Of a stretch of DNA of 64,000 nt, positions 1-10,357 are shown in pieces. The stretch is from Acidobacteriota bacterium (GTDB lineage: Bacteria > Acidobacteriota > UBA890). The stretch is from positions 1,018,316 to 1,082,315 of the forward strand of contig OZ244217.1 of assembly GCA_965216935.1 (NCBI GenBank), read 5' to 3'. Position 1 is the stretch's first letter. Every line of letters starts with the position of its first letter. The notes under the pieces are model-generated. The model saw nothing but the letters and a program-made list of their open reading frames with translations, was not told the DNA's origin and made no database searches. The position numbers and the translations under genes were made by a program.

Positions 1-247
1 CGCCGCCGCGGGCCAGGCTGTTGTCGCCCATCGTCGGCTGGCCGGCGAATGCCGTACCGGTAGCGGTCCAGCCACGCAGGTCACCGGTCTCGAAGTCCAG
101 GGTGATTCGGGGCCCCGTCGGCGCCTGCGCCTGTGCGGCGACCGCCGGGCGCGAGGGCGCCTCTGGGCCACCGATGACCGGTACGAGGCCGACGCACAAA
201 ACGCTAGAGAGGATCTTCGACAGTTTTCCCGGCTCCCTCGCCCCCAC
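1..247 (-). CDS. N-terminal fragment of a secreted hypothetical protein. The gene continues beyond the window start.
   Basis: Minus-strand reading from a GTG at 247 gives VGAREPGKLSKILSSVLCVGLVPVIGGPEAPSRPAVAAQAQAPTGPRITLDFETGDLRGWTATGTAFAGQPTMGDNSLARGG. This has a signal-peptide-like hydrophobic segment and runs off the window edge. It is not in the ORF track because it is partial. The plus-strand ORF 21..419 is considered spurious. Confidence 0.35.
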   Translation of the reverse strand, partial: MGAREPGKLSKILSSVLCVGLVPVIGGPEAPSRPAVAAQAQAPTGPRITLDFETGDLRGWTATGTAFAGQPTMGDNSLARGG

Positions 248-498
248 GTTGACACGCCCCGTTTCTATACTGGCCTCGCGGCCTGGTCGCTTCAAGGCTA
301 CGGGCTCGGCTCTCGCCGGCGATGCGGGCCGGCGCGGGGCCGCGTCGAGGGCGCCGCGGGGGACTCGGAGCGGCGTGGGAAGCCGCGAAAACGAAACTCG
401 TCCCGCTGCGGCAGCGTAACGACTACGAGTCCTACAGAGATCGCCGCGTCCCGCGGCCCTCGTGCAGAGGCTGCGGGTCGCCGGAACAGGAGAATTTC

Positions 499-1476
499 AT
501 GCGCACGCTCCGCTTCATCGTCGCCTTGGGCATCGTCATCGGGTTGTCAGCCGCCGCCTTCGGAGCGGCCCCTGCGGCGCAGTGGTCGTTCGACGGCGCC
601 GACAGGATCTCTCTCGAGGGGGTTTCGGGCGACATCACCGTGCGCGCGGGTAGCGGCTCGCAGATCACGATCGAGGTCGTCGAGGACGTCAGCCCGGCGA
701 ACGCGTTCGAGGCCGAGGTCGAGCGCGACGGCTCGACCATCCGGGTGCGCGAAGACTGGGGCCGTCGGGGCAGGGGCAGCGTCGAGTGGACGTTCGTCGT
801 GCCGGCAGACTCCCAGGTGACGATCGCCGCCGAAACGGCCTCGGGCGACCTGATCGCGGAGGGCGTGAACGTCCGCTTCGACTTCAGCACCGCCAGCGGG
901 GACGTTCGCATCGCCGACGCGACCGTGGCGGACGGATCTTCGTTCACCACCGCGAGCGGGGACCTGGTGCTGACCGACGTCACCGTCGGCGACGACGTGG
1001 ACATGAGCACCGCGAGTGGCGATGTCGAGTTCAGCGGCGTGAGCGCGGGACGGGAGTTCGGCGCATCGACGGCGTCGGGCGACGTCTCGGTCGAGGACTC
1101 CCAGGGGATCGGTGCGGCGAGCTCGGCCAGCGGAAACGTCCGCGTAACGGAAGATCGCCTGTCGGGACCGAGCTCTTACTCGTCGGCATCCGGCGACGTC
1201 GTGGTCACGCTCGGCGCCTCGCCTGCGCACGAGCTGGTCGTCTCGTCGGCGTCTGGCGATGCCCGGTTGGAAGCGCCCTTCGGGGACGACTTCACCCTCG
1301 TTCTCACCAAGCGCCGCGATCGCGGCAGCATCGACAGCCCCTTCGAGCCCACCTCGGAGCGGGAATTCGAGCGTAACGGACGCACCTATGTCGAGCAGAC
1401 GGTTGTGCGCGGCTCGGGCCAGCCGGAGGTTCGCGTGAGCACCGCGTCGGGCTCGATCGAGGTGCGCAACCGCTAG
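499..1476 (+). CDS. DUF4097-like putative adhesin, a beta-strand repeat protein with a signal peptide
   Basis: The ATG at 499 is preceded by AGGAGA about 8 nt upstream. The N-terminus MRTLRFIVALGIVIGLSAAAFGAAPAAQ is a signal peptide. There are many repeats of the (S/T)ASGD(V/L) motif spaced about 20 aa apart, typical of the DUF4097/YvlB family. The 5' part of the 322..1476 ORF upstream of 499 is rejected. Confidence 0.7.
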   Translation: MRTLRFIVALGIVIGLSAAAFGAAPAAQWSFDGADRISLEGVSGDITVRAGSGSQITIEVVEDVSPANAFEAEVERDGSTIRVREDWGRRGRGSVEWTFVVPADSQVTIAAETASGDLIAEGVNVRFDFSTASGDVRIADATVADGSSFTTASGDLVLTDVTVGDDVDMSTASGDVEFSGVSAGREFGASTASGDVSVEDSQGIGAASSASGNVRVTEDRLSGPSSYSSASGDVVVTLGASPAHELVVSSASGDARLEAPFGDDFTLVLTKRRDRGSIDSPFEPTSEREFERNGRTYVEQTVVRGSGQPEVRVSTASGSIEVRNR

Positions 1477-1682
1477 CGACGGCCGGCTGGCAGGCCGTGG
1501 AGAAAGGGTCTGGTCGGGCTCCCGGACGGTCACGGTCTCCTCGCCCGCCGTCCCTGCGATAGGGGTCGAAGCACCACGGGTCGGCAAAGGCCCGTGGCGA
1601 ACCGCCATGGCTCTGGCTAAGATCGGGCGCATCTACCTCGAATCCCCACCGTCGATCGCCTACCGAATCCGGGAGGGTCGCC

Positions 1683-4178
1683 ATGCGTTTCCTGTCCGCC
1701 GTCTTTCTCTTCGTCGCTGCCCTGGGCCTCGGTATCGCGCCCGCGGCGGCGCAGTCCAGCGGCTTCGGCCTCTCCGTCGTTGTGGACGGCGACGAGCTGA
1801 TCATCGGCGAGCCCAACAACAGCTTCCGGCCGGGCACCGTCTACATCTACCGCAAGAGCGGCGGCGGCTGGGAGGAAGCGGCGCAGCTTCGCGCCCCCGA
1901 GCCGGAGCGGGCGGACGGATTCGGTGCCGTGCTGGCACTGGCAGGAGACACCCTCTTCGTCGCTCATCGTGGCGGCTTGCTGTACACCTTCGAGCGCGAC
2001 GGCGGCGGCTGGCGCTCGACCGGTACCCTCAACGTAGACGGCCTGACCGGGCCGGACCCCGGATGCGGACAGCAGTACGGCTACTGCGGTACGGACTTCG
2101 GCGTCGCCGTTGCCGCCGAAGGTGACTGGATGTTCGTCGGAAAGCCGGGGCAAGCGGCACGCGCCGGCGGTCGCAGGGGGCCGGAGCAGCCGGCGGAGCC
2201 GGGAGCGGTGTTCGTCTATCGCCGGGGCGCCGGCGGTGGCTGGAGCTTGCAGGGGAATCTGGAGCCCGACCAAGGGATCGTCCCGGGTGACGGCTTCGGC
2301 ACGACGATCGCCGTTTCGGGCAACCGCGTGCTTGTCGGAGCCCCCACCCGCGCGGCCGATGCTGCGGCCGAGGACGCCGGAGGCGGGCGGGGTGGTCGTC
2401 GTGGCGGCCGCGGAGCCGCGCCGGTCGCCGATATGCCGCCGGTCGAAGCTGTCGGCAGGGTGTACGAGTTTCGCTTCGAGGACGGCAGTTGGCGTGAAAC
2501 CGCGTCGCTCGGCTCCGAGAACGAGCGCAACGCCAACTTCGGAGCCGCGCTGGCGCTGACCGGCAACACCGCCGTTATCGGCGCTCCGGGGAGCGGCGAC
2601 GGACACGGTGCAGCATACGTCTACAAGTATGACGAAACCGACAGCGTCTGGTCGGAGCACTCCAGGCTCGCCGCCTTCAGCGGCATTCGGGGCGATCGCT
2701 TCGGAACCGCCGTGGCGATCGATGGCGACGACGTGTGGGTCGGCGCTCCGGCGCCGCGCGGCACCGATACCGGCAGGGTCTACCTCTACCGGGGCGACGG
2801 CAGCACGGAGCTCATGGATGCGCCGAGCCGTCTGCGCCTCACAGAAACGGTGACCCGCGACGCCTTCGGCGACCGCATCATTGCGGCCGGCGGCATCGCG
2901 GCGGTGACGGCCACCGGGATGGACCACCAGGCCGGAGCCGTCTACGCCTACGAGCGCAGTGGAACGGGCGACTGGCAGAGCCAGGGCGAGCTGGTCAGCG
3001 AGCCGGACGGCATCGAGCCCATGCTTGGCGAGTTGCGCGAGTGCACGGACGGCAAGATCGGGCCGTTCGATTGCGACGGCATCGACCTGCTGGCGTTCGT
3101 GCCCGGCTCGATGCTCAAGGCGTCGGGCGACTCTCGCGGGGTGCGGACGAACGACAACTGGGGCTGGACCGACCCGGCGACCGGTCGCGAGTACGCCCTC
3201 ATCGGCCGCAACGACGGCACCTCGTTCTTCGACATCACCGATCCGCTCAATCCGTTGCTGGTCGGCGATCTGCCGAAGACGGAGGACACGCCGCCGTCAC
3301 AGCTCTGGCGCGACATCAAGTTCTACAACGAGCACGCCTTCATCGTCGCGGACGGCGCCGGCGCGCACGGCATGCAGGTGTTCGACATGAGCAAGCTGCG
3401 CGATGTGCCGAACATGCCGGTCGTATTCCAACCCGACGCCCACTACGACCTGGTCGAGAGCGTTCACAACATCGCCATCAATACGGACACGGGCTTCGCC
3501 TATCTTGTGGGGTCGGACGGTCAGGAAAGCTGCGGCGGTGGCCTGCACATGATCGACATTCGCGACCCGCTCAATCCGCAGTTCGCCGGCTGTTTCCGCG
3601 ACGAGCGCGGCACCCACGACGTCCAGTGCGCCGTGTATCGCGGACCGGATGAGCGTTATCAGGGTCACGAGATCTGCCTGAAGGCGAACGGCGAATGGCT
3701 GAGCATTTCCGACGTCACCGACAAGGACAACCCGGTGCTGCTCGGCCGGGGCACGTATCCGAATCCCGCCTACCTGCATCAGGGTTGGCTCACCGACGAC
3801 CACGCCTACTTCATCATGGACGACGAGTCGGACGTCATTCGAGGCAACGCGGAGACAACCCGGACGACGATCTGGGACATGCGTGACCTGGAGGATCCGC
3901 TGCTGGTGACGATGTTCATGGGCTCGATGCCGGCAAGCGCGCACAACCTGTATGTGAAGGGTGACTACGTTTACCAGGCGAACTATCGCTATGGGCTCCA
4001 CATCCTGGATGTCACGGACCCGGAGAACCCGGTCGAGGACGGATATTTCGATACCGCGCCGTACCTCGAGGGTCCCGGCTTCAGCGGTGCGTGGAGCACC
4101 TACCCGTTCTTCGAGAGCGGCACGATCATCGTCACCAGCTTGATGGAAGGGATGTTCCTGCTGAAGAAACAAGATTGA
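1683..4178 (+). CDS. Secreted FG-GAP repeat protein with a C-terminal choice-of-anchor B / LVIVD-repeat beta-propeller region
   Basis: The signal peptide is MRFLSAVFLFVAALGLGIAPAAAQ. There are repeated G-FG-x-A/V-x-G-D (FG-GAP-like) units. The C-terminal half carries DNWGWTDPATGREYALIGRNDGTSFFDITDP and HNI/HNL-type LVIVD repeats (choice-of-anchor B family signature). Confidence 0.8.
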   Translation: MRFLSAVFLFVAALGLGIAPAAAQSSGFGLSVVVDGDELIIGEPNNSFRPGTVYIYRKSGGGWEEAAQLRAPEPERADGFGAVLALAGDTLFVAHRGGLLYTFERDGGGWRSTGTLNVDGLTGPDPGCGQQYGYCGTDFGVAVAAEGDWMFVGKPGQAARAGGRRGPEQPAEPGAVFVYRRGAGGGWSLQGNLEPDQGIVPGDGFGTTIAVSGNRVLVGAPTRAADAAAEDAGGGRGGRRGGRGAAPVADMPPVEAVGRVYEFRFEDGSWRETASLGSENERNANFGAALALTGNTAVIGAPGSGDGHGAAYVYKYDETDSVWSEHSRLAAFSGIRGDRFGTAVAIDGDDVWVGAPAPRGTDTGRVYLYRGDGSTELMDAPSRLRLTETVTRDAFGDRIIAAGGIAAVTATGMDHQAGAVYAYERSGTGDWQSQGELVSEPDGIEPMLGELRECTDGKIGPFDCDGIDLLAFVPGSMLKASGDSRGVRTNDNWGWTDPATGREYALIGRNDGTSFFDITDPLNPLLVGDLPKTEDTPPSQLWRDIKFYNEHAFIVADGAGAHGMQVFDMSKLRDVPNMPVVFQPDAHYDLVESVHNIAINTDTGFAYLVGSDGQESCGGGLHMIDIRDPLNPQFAGCFRDERGTHDVQCAVYRGPDERYQGHEICLKANGEWLSISDVTDKDNPVLLGRGTYPNPAYLHQGWLTDDHAYFIMDDESDVIRGNAETTRTTIWDMRDLEDPLLVTMFMGSMPASAHNLYVKGDYVYQANYRYGLHILDVTDPENPVEDGYFDTAPYLEGPGFSGAWSTYPFFESGTIIVTSLMEGMFLLKKQD

Positions 4179-4249
4179 ACCGGGGCGGAGGCGCGGCCGA
4201 GCCGGCCGGTCCCCTGCTCGTCGCCCGTTAGCTCCAGGGAGGTGCCGCC

Positions 4250-7123
4250 ATGAAACAACCGTCGTTGCGAACGACGGCCGTCGTCCTACTGCTGGTTTCC
4301 GCGCTCGTAACCCTCGGTTGCGGGGGCGCTGCGTCTCCCCCGGATCCGGGCGAGGTCGACGAGGGTCTGTCGATTCCGTTCGAGCGCTATGAGCTCGCCA
4401 ACGGCCTCGACGTGGTGCTGCATCAGGACGACTCCGATCCCATCGTCGCCGTCGCGCTCCTTTACCACGTCGGTTCGGCGCGCGAGTTGCCGGGGCGGAC
4501 GGGCTTCGCCCACCTGTTCGAGCACTTGCTCTTCCAGAGCTCGGAGAACCTCGGCGAGGGCGGCTTCATCAACGGTATCCCGGCGCTCGGCGGCACCTTC
4601 AACGGCGGTACCAGCAACGACAGCACCGTGTACTACGAGGTCGTCCCGAAGGATGCGCTCGAGCGGGTGCTATGGATGGAGTCCGATCGCCTCGGCTTCT
4701 TCATCAACACGGTCACCGAGCCGCGGCTGGAAAACGAGAAGCAGATCGTCAAGAACGAGAAGCGACAGGGGGTCGACAACAACCCCTACGGCCACACCAA
4801 CGACGTCATCGACCGCGCCCTCTATCCGGAGGGGCATCCCTATAGCTGGCAGGTGATCGGCTCTCTCCAGGACCTACAGGCTGCGACGCTCGACGACGTG
4901 CGGAACTTCTATGCAGACTGGTACGGGCCGGAGAATGTCACCCTCGTCCTGGCGGGCGAGTTCGACGCCGACGAGGCCAAGGCGCTGGTCGAGAAGTACT
5001 TCGGCGAGATCGAGGGTGGGCCCGAGCCGGACGACCTGCCGGTGGCCAACGCCGTGCTCGACGCTACGGCCAGCCTCTACCACGAGGACAACTTCGCCCA
5101 GCTTCCCGCCTTGACCCTGGCGTGGCCGACGGTGGAGCAGTTCCATCCCGATTCCTACGCCCTCGACGCCCTGGCGCAGCTTCTCGCCGGCAGCAAGGAG
5201 GCGCCGTTTTACAAGGTGGTCGTCGAAGAGGTCGGGCTGGCGCCCAACGTGAGCGCGTTCAACCGGAGCTCGGAGGTCGCCGGCAAGTTCCAGCTCTCGG
5301 CACGAGCCTTCGCCGGCACCGACCTGGACGACCTGCAGGCGGCGTTCGATACCGCCTTTGCCCGCTTCGAGAGCGAGGGCGTCAGCGACGACGACCTCGA
5401 GCGGATCAAGGCGAGCACCGAGACCAGCTTCTACAACGGCATCTCGAGCGTCCTGAACAAGGCCTTCCAGCTGGCCCAGTACAACACCTTCGCCGGCGAT
5501 CCGGGGTTCATTACCGAGGATCTCGAGCGCGGGCTCGCGGTGACCGTCGGCGACGTGAATCGCGTCTACGCCCAGTACATCAAGGACAGGCCGTTCGTTG
5601 CCACCAGCTTCGTTCCCCGGGGACAGGCGGAGCTGGCGCTCGCCGACGCAGTCGTCGCGGACGTGTACGTCGAGCCCATCGTCCAGGGGGCCGAGGCCCC
5701 GGTGGGCGACCTGTCGTCGGTACCGTTCGAGCGAACGCCGTCGACAATCGACCGCAGCACGCCGCCGCCGCTGGGTGCACCGCCCGTATCCCCCGATCGG
5801 GACGTCTGGCAGGCCTCGCTTCCCAACGGGTTGCAGGTGTACGGAATCACCCACAGCGAGTTGCCGCTGGTGAGCTTCAGCCTGCGGATGAAGGGTGGCA
5901 TGTGGCTCGACGACCCGGACAAGGTCGGCGTCGCCAACCTGGTTACGGACCTGCTGATGGAGGGCACAGCCGCCAAGACCCCGGAGGAGCTCGAGGCCGC
6001 GATCGATCGGCTCGGCGCCACCCTCGACGTGTCCGCTTCGAGCCAGTACATCACCGTGTCGGGCAGGTCGCTGGCGCGTAACTTCGCCGCCACGATGGAG
6101 CTCGCGCAGGAGATCTTGTTGCAGCCCCGCTGGGACGAGGCCGCCTTCACGCGCGCCAAGGACGGCGCCCTGGCGAGTATCCGGCAGGCATCGTCGTCGC
6201 CCGGGGCCATCGCCGGCCGGGTGTTCAACAAGCTGGTGTACGGTGCCGACCACGTCCTGGCCAACAGCACGCTCGGCGACGAGGCTTCGGTGCAGTCGAT
6301 CACGCTCGGTGACCTGCGTGCTTACTACGACAGGGCGATTTCGCCGAGCGTCGCCGTGCTCCACGTCGTCGGCGACGTTGCCGAAGCCGACGTGCGCACC
6401 GCCGCGGCGGGTCTCGGGGATGCATCGGTGTGGGCACCGAAGGACGTCGCATTTCCCGAGTATCCGATGGACGGGGCGGCCGATGCGCCGGCAGTGTACT
6501 TCGTCGACGTTCCCGGGGCGCCGCAGTCGGTCATTCGGACCGGTTACCTGGCCATGTCTCAAACCGATCCGGACTATTACCCCGCGGTGGTCATGAACCA
6601 CCAGCTGGGCGGCGGCCTCACCGGCCGGCTCTTCCAAATCCTCCGCATCCAGAACGGCTATACCTACGGTGCCGGGTCTTTCTTCGGTGGTACCGACGTT
6701 CCCGGACCGTTCGGCATCTCGACCTCTGTTCGCGCCAACGTGACCTACGAGTCGGCGGCGCTGATCAAGGAAATCCTGGAGGGCTATGCGACCGAGTTCT
6801 CGGACGAGGATCTGTCCGTTACCAAGGACGCCCTGATCCGGGCGAACTTCGTCAATTACGAGACCCTCGGCGCGATGCGCAACATGTTGCAGAACATCAG
6901 CGCCTACGGCTATCCGGACGACTACGTTCGTCAGCGCGAGCAGGTCGTTGCGGGCATGACCGTTCCGATCGTTCAGGAGATCGCGGCGCAGTACGCCGAC
7001 CCCGAGCGGATGATCTGGGTCGTCGTCGGGGATGCGGCCACGCAGCTCGAGCGGCTCGAGCAGCTCGGCTACGGCGCCCCGGTGATCTTGGATCGCGAAG
7101 CTCGCCCGGCGCGCCGGCCGTGA
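4250..7123 (+). CDS. M16 family zinc metallopeptidase (pitrilysin/insulinase-like, tandem M16 units). It has a signal peptide and is possibly a lipoprotein.
   Basis: There is an inverted zincin motif HLFEHLLFQ (HxxEH) near the N-terminus. The 957 aa length is consistent with two M16 active/inactive domain pairs. The N-terminus MKQPSLRTTAVVLLLVSALVTLGCGG is signal-like. Confidence 0.85.
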   Translation: MKQPSLRTTAVVLLLVSALVTLGCGGAASPPDPGEVDEGLSIPFERYELANGLDVVLHQDDSDPIVAVALLYHVGSARELPGRTGFAHLFEHLLFQSSENLGEGGFINGIPALGGTFNGGTSNDSTVYYEVVPKDALERVLWMESDRLGFFINTVTEPRLENEKQIVKNEKRQGVDNNPYGHTNDVIDRALYPEGHPYSWQVIGSLQDLQAATLDDVRNFYADWYGPENVTLVLAGEFDADEAKALVEKYFGEIEGGPEPDDLPVANAVLDATASLYHEDNFAQLPALTLAWPTVEQFHPDSYALDALAQLLAGSKEAPFYKVVVEEVGLAPNVSAFNRSSEVAGKFQLSARAFAGTDLDDLQAAFDTAFARFESEGVSDDDLERIKASTETSFYNGISSVLNKAFQLAQYNTFAGDPGFITEDLERGLAVTVGDVNRVYAQYIKDRPFVATSFVPRGQAELALADAVVADVYVEPIVQGAEAPVGDLSSVPFERTPSTIDRSTPPPLGAPPVSPDRDVWQASLPNGLQVYGITHSELPLVSFSLRMKGGMWLDDPDKVGVANLVTDLLMEGTAAKTPEELEAAIDRLGATLDVSASSQYITVSGRSLARNFAATMELAQEILLQPRWDEAAFTRAKDGALASIRQASSSPGAIAGRVFNKLVYGADHVLANSTLGDEASVQSITLGDLRAYYDRAISPSVAVLHVVGDVAEADVRTAAAGLGDASVWAPKDVAFPEYPMDGAADAPAVYFVDVPGAPQSVIRTGYLAMSQTDPDYYPAVVMNHQLGGGLTGRLFQILRIQNGYTYGAGSFFGGTDVPGPFGISTSVRANVTYESAALIKEILEGYATEFSDEDLSVTKDALIRANFVNYETLGAMRNMLQNISAYGYPDDYVRQREQVVAGMTVPIVQEIAAQYADPERMIWVVVGDAATQLERLEQLGYGAPVILDREARPARRP

Positions 7124-7133
7124 TCGGCAAACC

Positions 7134-8336
7134 GTGAGTTTCGACCGGCGGCGGTTCGTCGAGTCGGTGTTGCGTGGCGGCACCGGACTGGCGCTCGGCG
7201 CAAGGCTGCCCGAGGTGGAGGACGGAGGGGCGCTGTTGCAGTCTCTGGTCCGGGCGCCCGATTTCGGGGCGCCCGGTGCCACGGGTACCAGGACTCCGGC
7301 AGAGCAGGGCGAGATCATTCCTTTCCTGGGTGTCACGGAACCGGAATTCGACGTGCCGTACGGCGACGGCCTCGGCGGGCGCCTGGTCACCGATCTGTCG
7401 AAGTTGACCCCGGAGACACTCGTACTTCCCAACGACAGGTACTTCATTCGCACCCGCAAGCCGGGACTGCTCGACGATTCCGGGCCGTGGAGCATCAAGG
7501 TCGGAGGCCTGGTGCGCGAGCCGTTCGAGCTATCGCTCAGCGAGCTGCTGCCACGAGTGGCGCCGCAAGGGGTCCACGTACTGGAGTGCTCCGGCAACCC
7601 GAGGCGACGGCGTTTCGGGTTGCTCAGCGCCGCGGCGTGGAGCGGCGTCCCGATGGCCGAGGTGCTGGAAAGGATTCCGGCGCGGCGCGGTGCCACCCAC
7701 GTTCTCGTTCAGGGGTTCGACGAGCACACCGATCGGGAGGGAGGCATTCCCGGCGCGAGCTGGGTGTTCACCCCGGATCAGCTGGCGGAAACGGGGGCCT
7801 TTCTGGCCACCGAGATGAATGGCGAGACCCTGCCCGAGGATCACGGCTACCCGGTGCGACTCTACGTTCCCGGCTGGTATGGCTGCTGTTGCGCCAAGTG
7901 GGTCGACCGCATCGATCTGGTGGACGCCTCCTATCCGGCGACGGCGCAGATGAAGGAGTACGCCAACCGTACGCACCAGGATGGAATCCCCGAGGTTGCC
8001 TCGGAGTATGGTGCGGCGAACATGGAGCTTGCGGCGATGCCGGTGCGGGTGGAGCGGCGGATGATCGAGAGCAAGGTCCGCTATCAGGTCACCGGAATCG
8101 CCTGGGGCGGCGATCGCCTCACCGACCGGCTCATGATTCGCTTCCACGACGACGAACCCTTCGTCCCCGTCGACGACTTCGTCCACCGGTCGACCGCCAC
8201 CTGGAATCTCTGGACTCATGGGTGGGATCCGCCGGGCCCGGGGTTGTACGCCATCCGGCTCCATGTCGATGATCCCTCGATTCCGACCCGACGCCTGGAT
8301 CGGGGCTATTACACGCTTCGCGTGGAGCTGCCCTAG
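7134..8336 (+). CDS. Sulfite oxidase-family molybdopterin-dependent oxidoreductase, Tat-exported
   Basis: The twin-arginine signal is MSFDRRRFVESVLRGGTGLALGA. The Moco-domain core LECSGNPRRRRFGLLSAAAWSGVPMAEVL is present. The 400 aa length is compatible with a Moco domain plus a dimerisation domain. Confidence 0.8.
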   Translation: MSFDRRRFVESVLRGGTGLALGARLPEVEDGGALLQSLVRAPDFGAPGATGTRTPAEQGEIIPFLGVTEPEFDVPYGDGLGGRLVTDLSKLTPETLVLPNDRYFIRTRKPGLLDDSGPWSIKVGGLVREPFELSLSELLPRVAPQGVHVLECSGNPRRRRFGLLSAAAWSGVPMAEVLERIPARRGATHVLVQGFDEHTDREGGIPGASWVFTPDQLAETGAFLATEMNGETLPEDHGYPVRLYVPGWYGCCCAKWVDRIDLVDASYPATAQMKEYANRTHQDGIPEVASEYGAANMELAAMPVRVERRMIESKVRYQVTGIAWGGDRLTDRLMIRFHDDEPFVPVDDFVHRSTATWNLWTHGWDPPGPGLYAIRLHVDDPSIPTRRLDRGYYTLRVELP

Positions 8337-8342
8337 CAGCGG

Positions 8343-8366
8343 CCGGCTAGGCTCCTAGCCGGCCTC
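8343..8366 (+). terminator. GC-rich perfect hairpin immediately 3' of the sulfite-oxidase-like gene (candidate intrinsic terminator, no U-tract)
   Basis: ggccggctag-gctc-ctagccggcc, a 10-11 bp perfect stem starting 7 nt after the stop at 8336. Confidence 0.4.
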
Positions 8367-8565
8367 TACCGGCTCGCTGGGGGGCGGTGCTTCACCTCGC
8401 CACCTCCCGTTCGTGCCGCTTACAGAAGTGTCGCCGAGACTCGGGAAGAGCGGGTCGAAACGTGGCACCATTCCCTGCAACTGCTCCGACCGGTTCATCA
8501 CACCCTGACCCTTCGCCCCGCGGCGCGAGCCGCTCCTTGGCTTCGCCGGGCACAGCAACCGAGGA

Positions 8566-10323
8566 TTGATCGGTTTGATCGCACGTTCTGGCAAGAGCCT
8601 CATGGCTGCCGCGCTTCTGACCTTCGTCGCGACGACGGGGTTCGCCGGGCAGGCCGGGCCGACGAGCATCGAGCTTACGCCGGCGTATGAAACGGCGTCG
8701 GCGCATCCGGGATCGACGTTTCGGATGGCGGTCGGCGTGCAGCTCGACGAGGGCTACCACGTCAATTCCGAGGAACCGCTGGACGAATTCCTGATCCCGA
8801 CGGAGTTGCTGGTTGCACCGGGCGACGGCATCGCGGCCGAGAGCCTCGCCTACCCCGAGGCGTACTTGTTCGACCAGGTCGGCGACCTCCAGCTGCTCGT
8901 CTTCGAAGAGCACTTCCACATCGGCGTGGCGCTGAAACTGGCGGAGGACCTGCCGCTGGGTGAGCACGTCGTGCCGGCACGGCTCAAATACCAGGCGTGC
9001 GACGACACGACCTGCTATTCGCCGACGCACCGCGACTTCGAGTTCCGTTTCGAGGTCGTGTCGGCGGATCACGAGCTGCAACCGCTCGATCCGGAGCTTT
9101 TCGGTGGGTTCGAATTCGACGCCGCGCCGGGAATCCTGGATCCCGCCGACATCGCGCCGGACCCGGGTACGGCACGTCCCGATCGGACGGGCGACGTCGA
9201 CGTCATGAGCCTCCTGGACGATTTCGAAGTCATCGGCACGTCCGGCGGCTACATGGGCGCCGACGACTTTCTCGCGTTCATCGACGCGGCGGAGTCGGGA
9301 GAGGGGAACAGAGGCTTCTTCGAGGGCCGCGGACCGCTGGCGATCCTGCTGATCACGTTGCTGGGCGGTTTGGCGCTCAACCTGACCCCGTGTGTCTTGC
9401 CGATGGTGCCGATCAACTTGGCGATCATCGGCGCGGGCTCCAACCGCGGCTCACGGGCGCGCGGCTTTGCTCTCGGGTCCGCCTACGGGCTGGCGATGGC
9501 ACTGGTTTACGGCGTGCTCGGCCTGATCGTGATCCTCACCGCCGGCACGTTCGGCACGATCAACGCCTCGCCCTGGTTCAACCTCGGCATCGCGGTGCTC
9601 TTCGTGGTGCTGGCGCTGGCGATGTTCGACAAGCTGGTGATCGATTTCTCCAGCCTGCAGTCGAAGCTCAGCTTCGGCGAGGGCGGCAAGGGATCGTTTC
9701 TGGTCGCCTTCGGCATGGGAACCGTCGCGGCGCTGCTCGCCGGTGCCTGCGTCGCCCCGGTGGTCATCCAGGTGGTCGTGTTCTCCAGCAACCTGTATGC
9801 GACGGGCACGACGCTGGCCCTGGCGCTGCCCTTCGTGCTCGGGCTCGGCATGGCCATTCCGTGGCCGATCGCCGGCGCCGGTCTCGCCGCTCTGCCCAAG
9901 CCGGGTGCATGGATGAACCACGTGAAGCACGCTTTTGGGGTGTTCATCCTGGCGACCGCGGCGTACTACGGCTACCTCTCTTATGAGCTGTTCGCGCAGT
10001 ACTGGGTGGATCCCGACGAGGTCGCCGGAAGCGTCGAGGAGTTGCTCGAAGAGGGATGGAACGCTTCTCTCGTTGGCGGCCTGGACGAGGCCGCGGCGGA
10101 CGACAAGCTCGTCCTCGTCGACATGTGGGCCACCTGGTGCAAGAACTGCCTGGTCATGGACCAGACGACCTTGAAGGATCCCGGTGTGGAGGCGGCGCTC
10201 GCCGATTACGTCAAGATCAAGTACCAGACCGAGGACCTCAATGCCGAGACCGTCCGCGACGTGGTGAAGCGGTTTGACGCGGTCGGATTGCCCGCCTACG
10301 CCATTCTGCGACCGAGACGCTGA
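8566..10323 (+). CDS. dsbD: Thiol:disulfide interchange protein DsbD (alpha domain, transmembrane domain, thioredoxin-like gamma domain)
   Basis: The N-terminal periplasmic domain has a Cys pair (KYQACDDTTCYSP). The multi-pass TM core is LNLTPCVLPMVPINLAIIG. The C-terminal thioredoxin motif is WATWCKNC. An alternative start is the ATG at 8599. Confidence 0.8.
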   Translation: MIGLIARSGKSLMAAALLTFVATTGFAGQAGPTSIELTPAYETASAHPGSTFRMAVGVQLDEGYHVNSEEPLDEFLIPTELLVAPGDGIAAESLAYPEAYLFDQVGDLQLLVFEEHFHIGVALKLAEDLPLGEHVVPARLKYQACDDTTCYSPTHRDFEFRFEVVSADHELQPLDPELFGGFEFDAAPGILDPADIAPDPGTARPDRTGDVDVMSLLDDFEVIGTSGGYMGADDFLAFIDAAESGEGNRGFFEGRGPLAILLITLLGGLALNLTPCVLPMVPINLAIIGAGSNRGSRARGFALGSAYGLAMALVYGVLGLIVILTAGTFGTINASPWFNLGIAVLFVVLALAMFDKLVIDFSSLQSKLSFGEGGKGSFLVAFGMGTVAALLAGACVAPVVIQVVVFSSNLYATGTTLALALPFVLGLGMAIPWPIAGAGLAALPKPGAWMNHVKHAFGVFILATAAYYGYLSYELFAQYWVDPDEVAGSVEELLEEGWNASLVGGLDEAAADDKLVLVDMWATWCKNCLVMDQTTLKDPGVEAALADYVKIKYQTEDLNAETVRDVVKRFDAVGLPAYAILRPRR

Positions 10324-10335
10324 GCGCCGGTCGCC

Positions 10336-10357
10336 GCGGCCGGCCCGTACCGGCCGC
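10336..10357 (+). terminator. Hairpin 3' of dsbD (candidate terminator)
   Basis: gcggccgg-cccgta-ccggccgc, an 8-bp perfect stem 13 nt after the dsbD stop. Confidence 0.3.

Noticed and set aside
547-1632. 361-aa minus-strand ORF antisense to the DUF4097 gene
   Set aside because: Arg/Ala/Gly-rich low-complexity translation typical of antisense frames in high-GC DNA. It overlaps a better-supported gene that has an RBS and a signal peptide.
1617-2927. 436-aa minus-strand ORF antisense to the FG-GAP gene
   Set aside because: Antisense artefact. No recognisable domains. The sense strand encodes a coherent repeat protein.
4874-7696. 940-aa minus-strand ORF spanning the M16 peptidase and the start of the sulfite-oxidase-like gene
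   Set aside because: It crosses two well-supported plus-strand genes. The composition is R/G/A/P-rich. Long open antisense frames are expected with strong GC3 bias.
8355-8669. 104-aa minus-strand ORF in the sulfite-oxidase/dsbD intergenic region
   Set aside because: It overlaps the dsbD N-terminus antisense. It has no motifs and is probably spurious.
9094-9112. gggttcgaattcgac, resembling a tRNA T-loop (GGTTCGAATCC)
   Set aside because: It lies inside the dsbD coding sequence. No acceptor or anticodon arm structure could be built around it. Judged coincidental.
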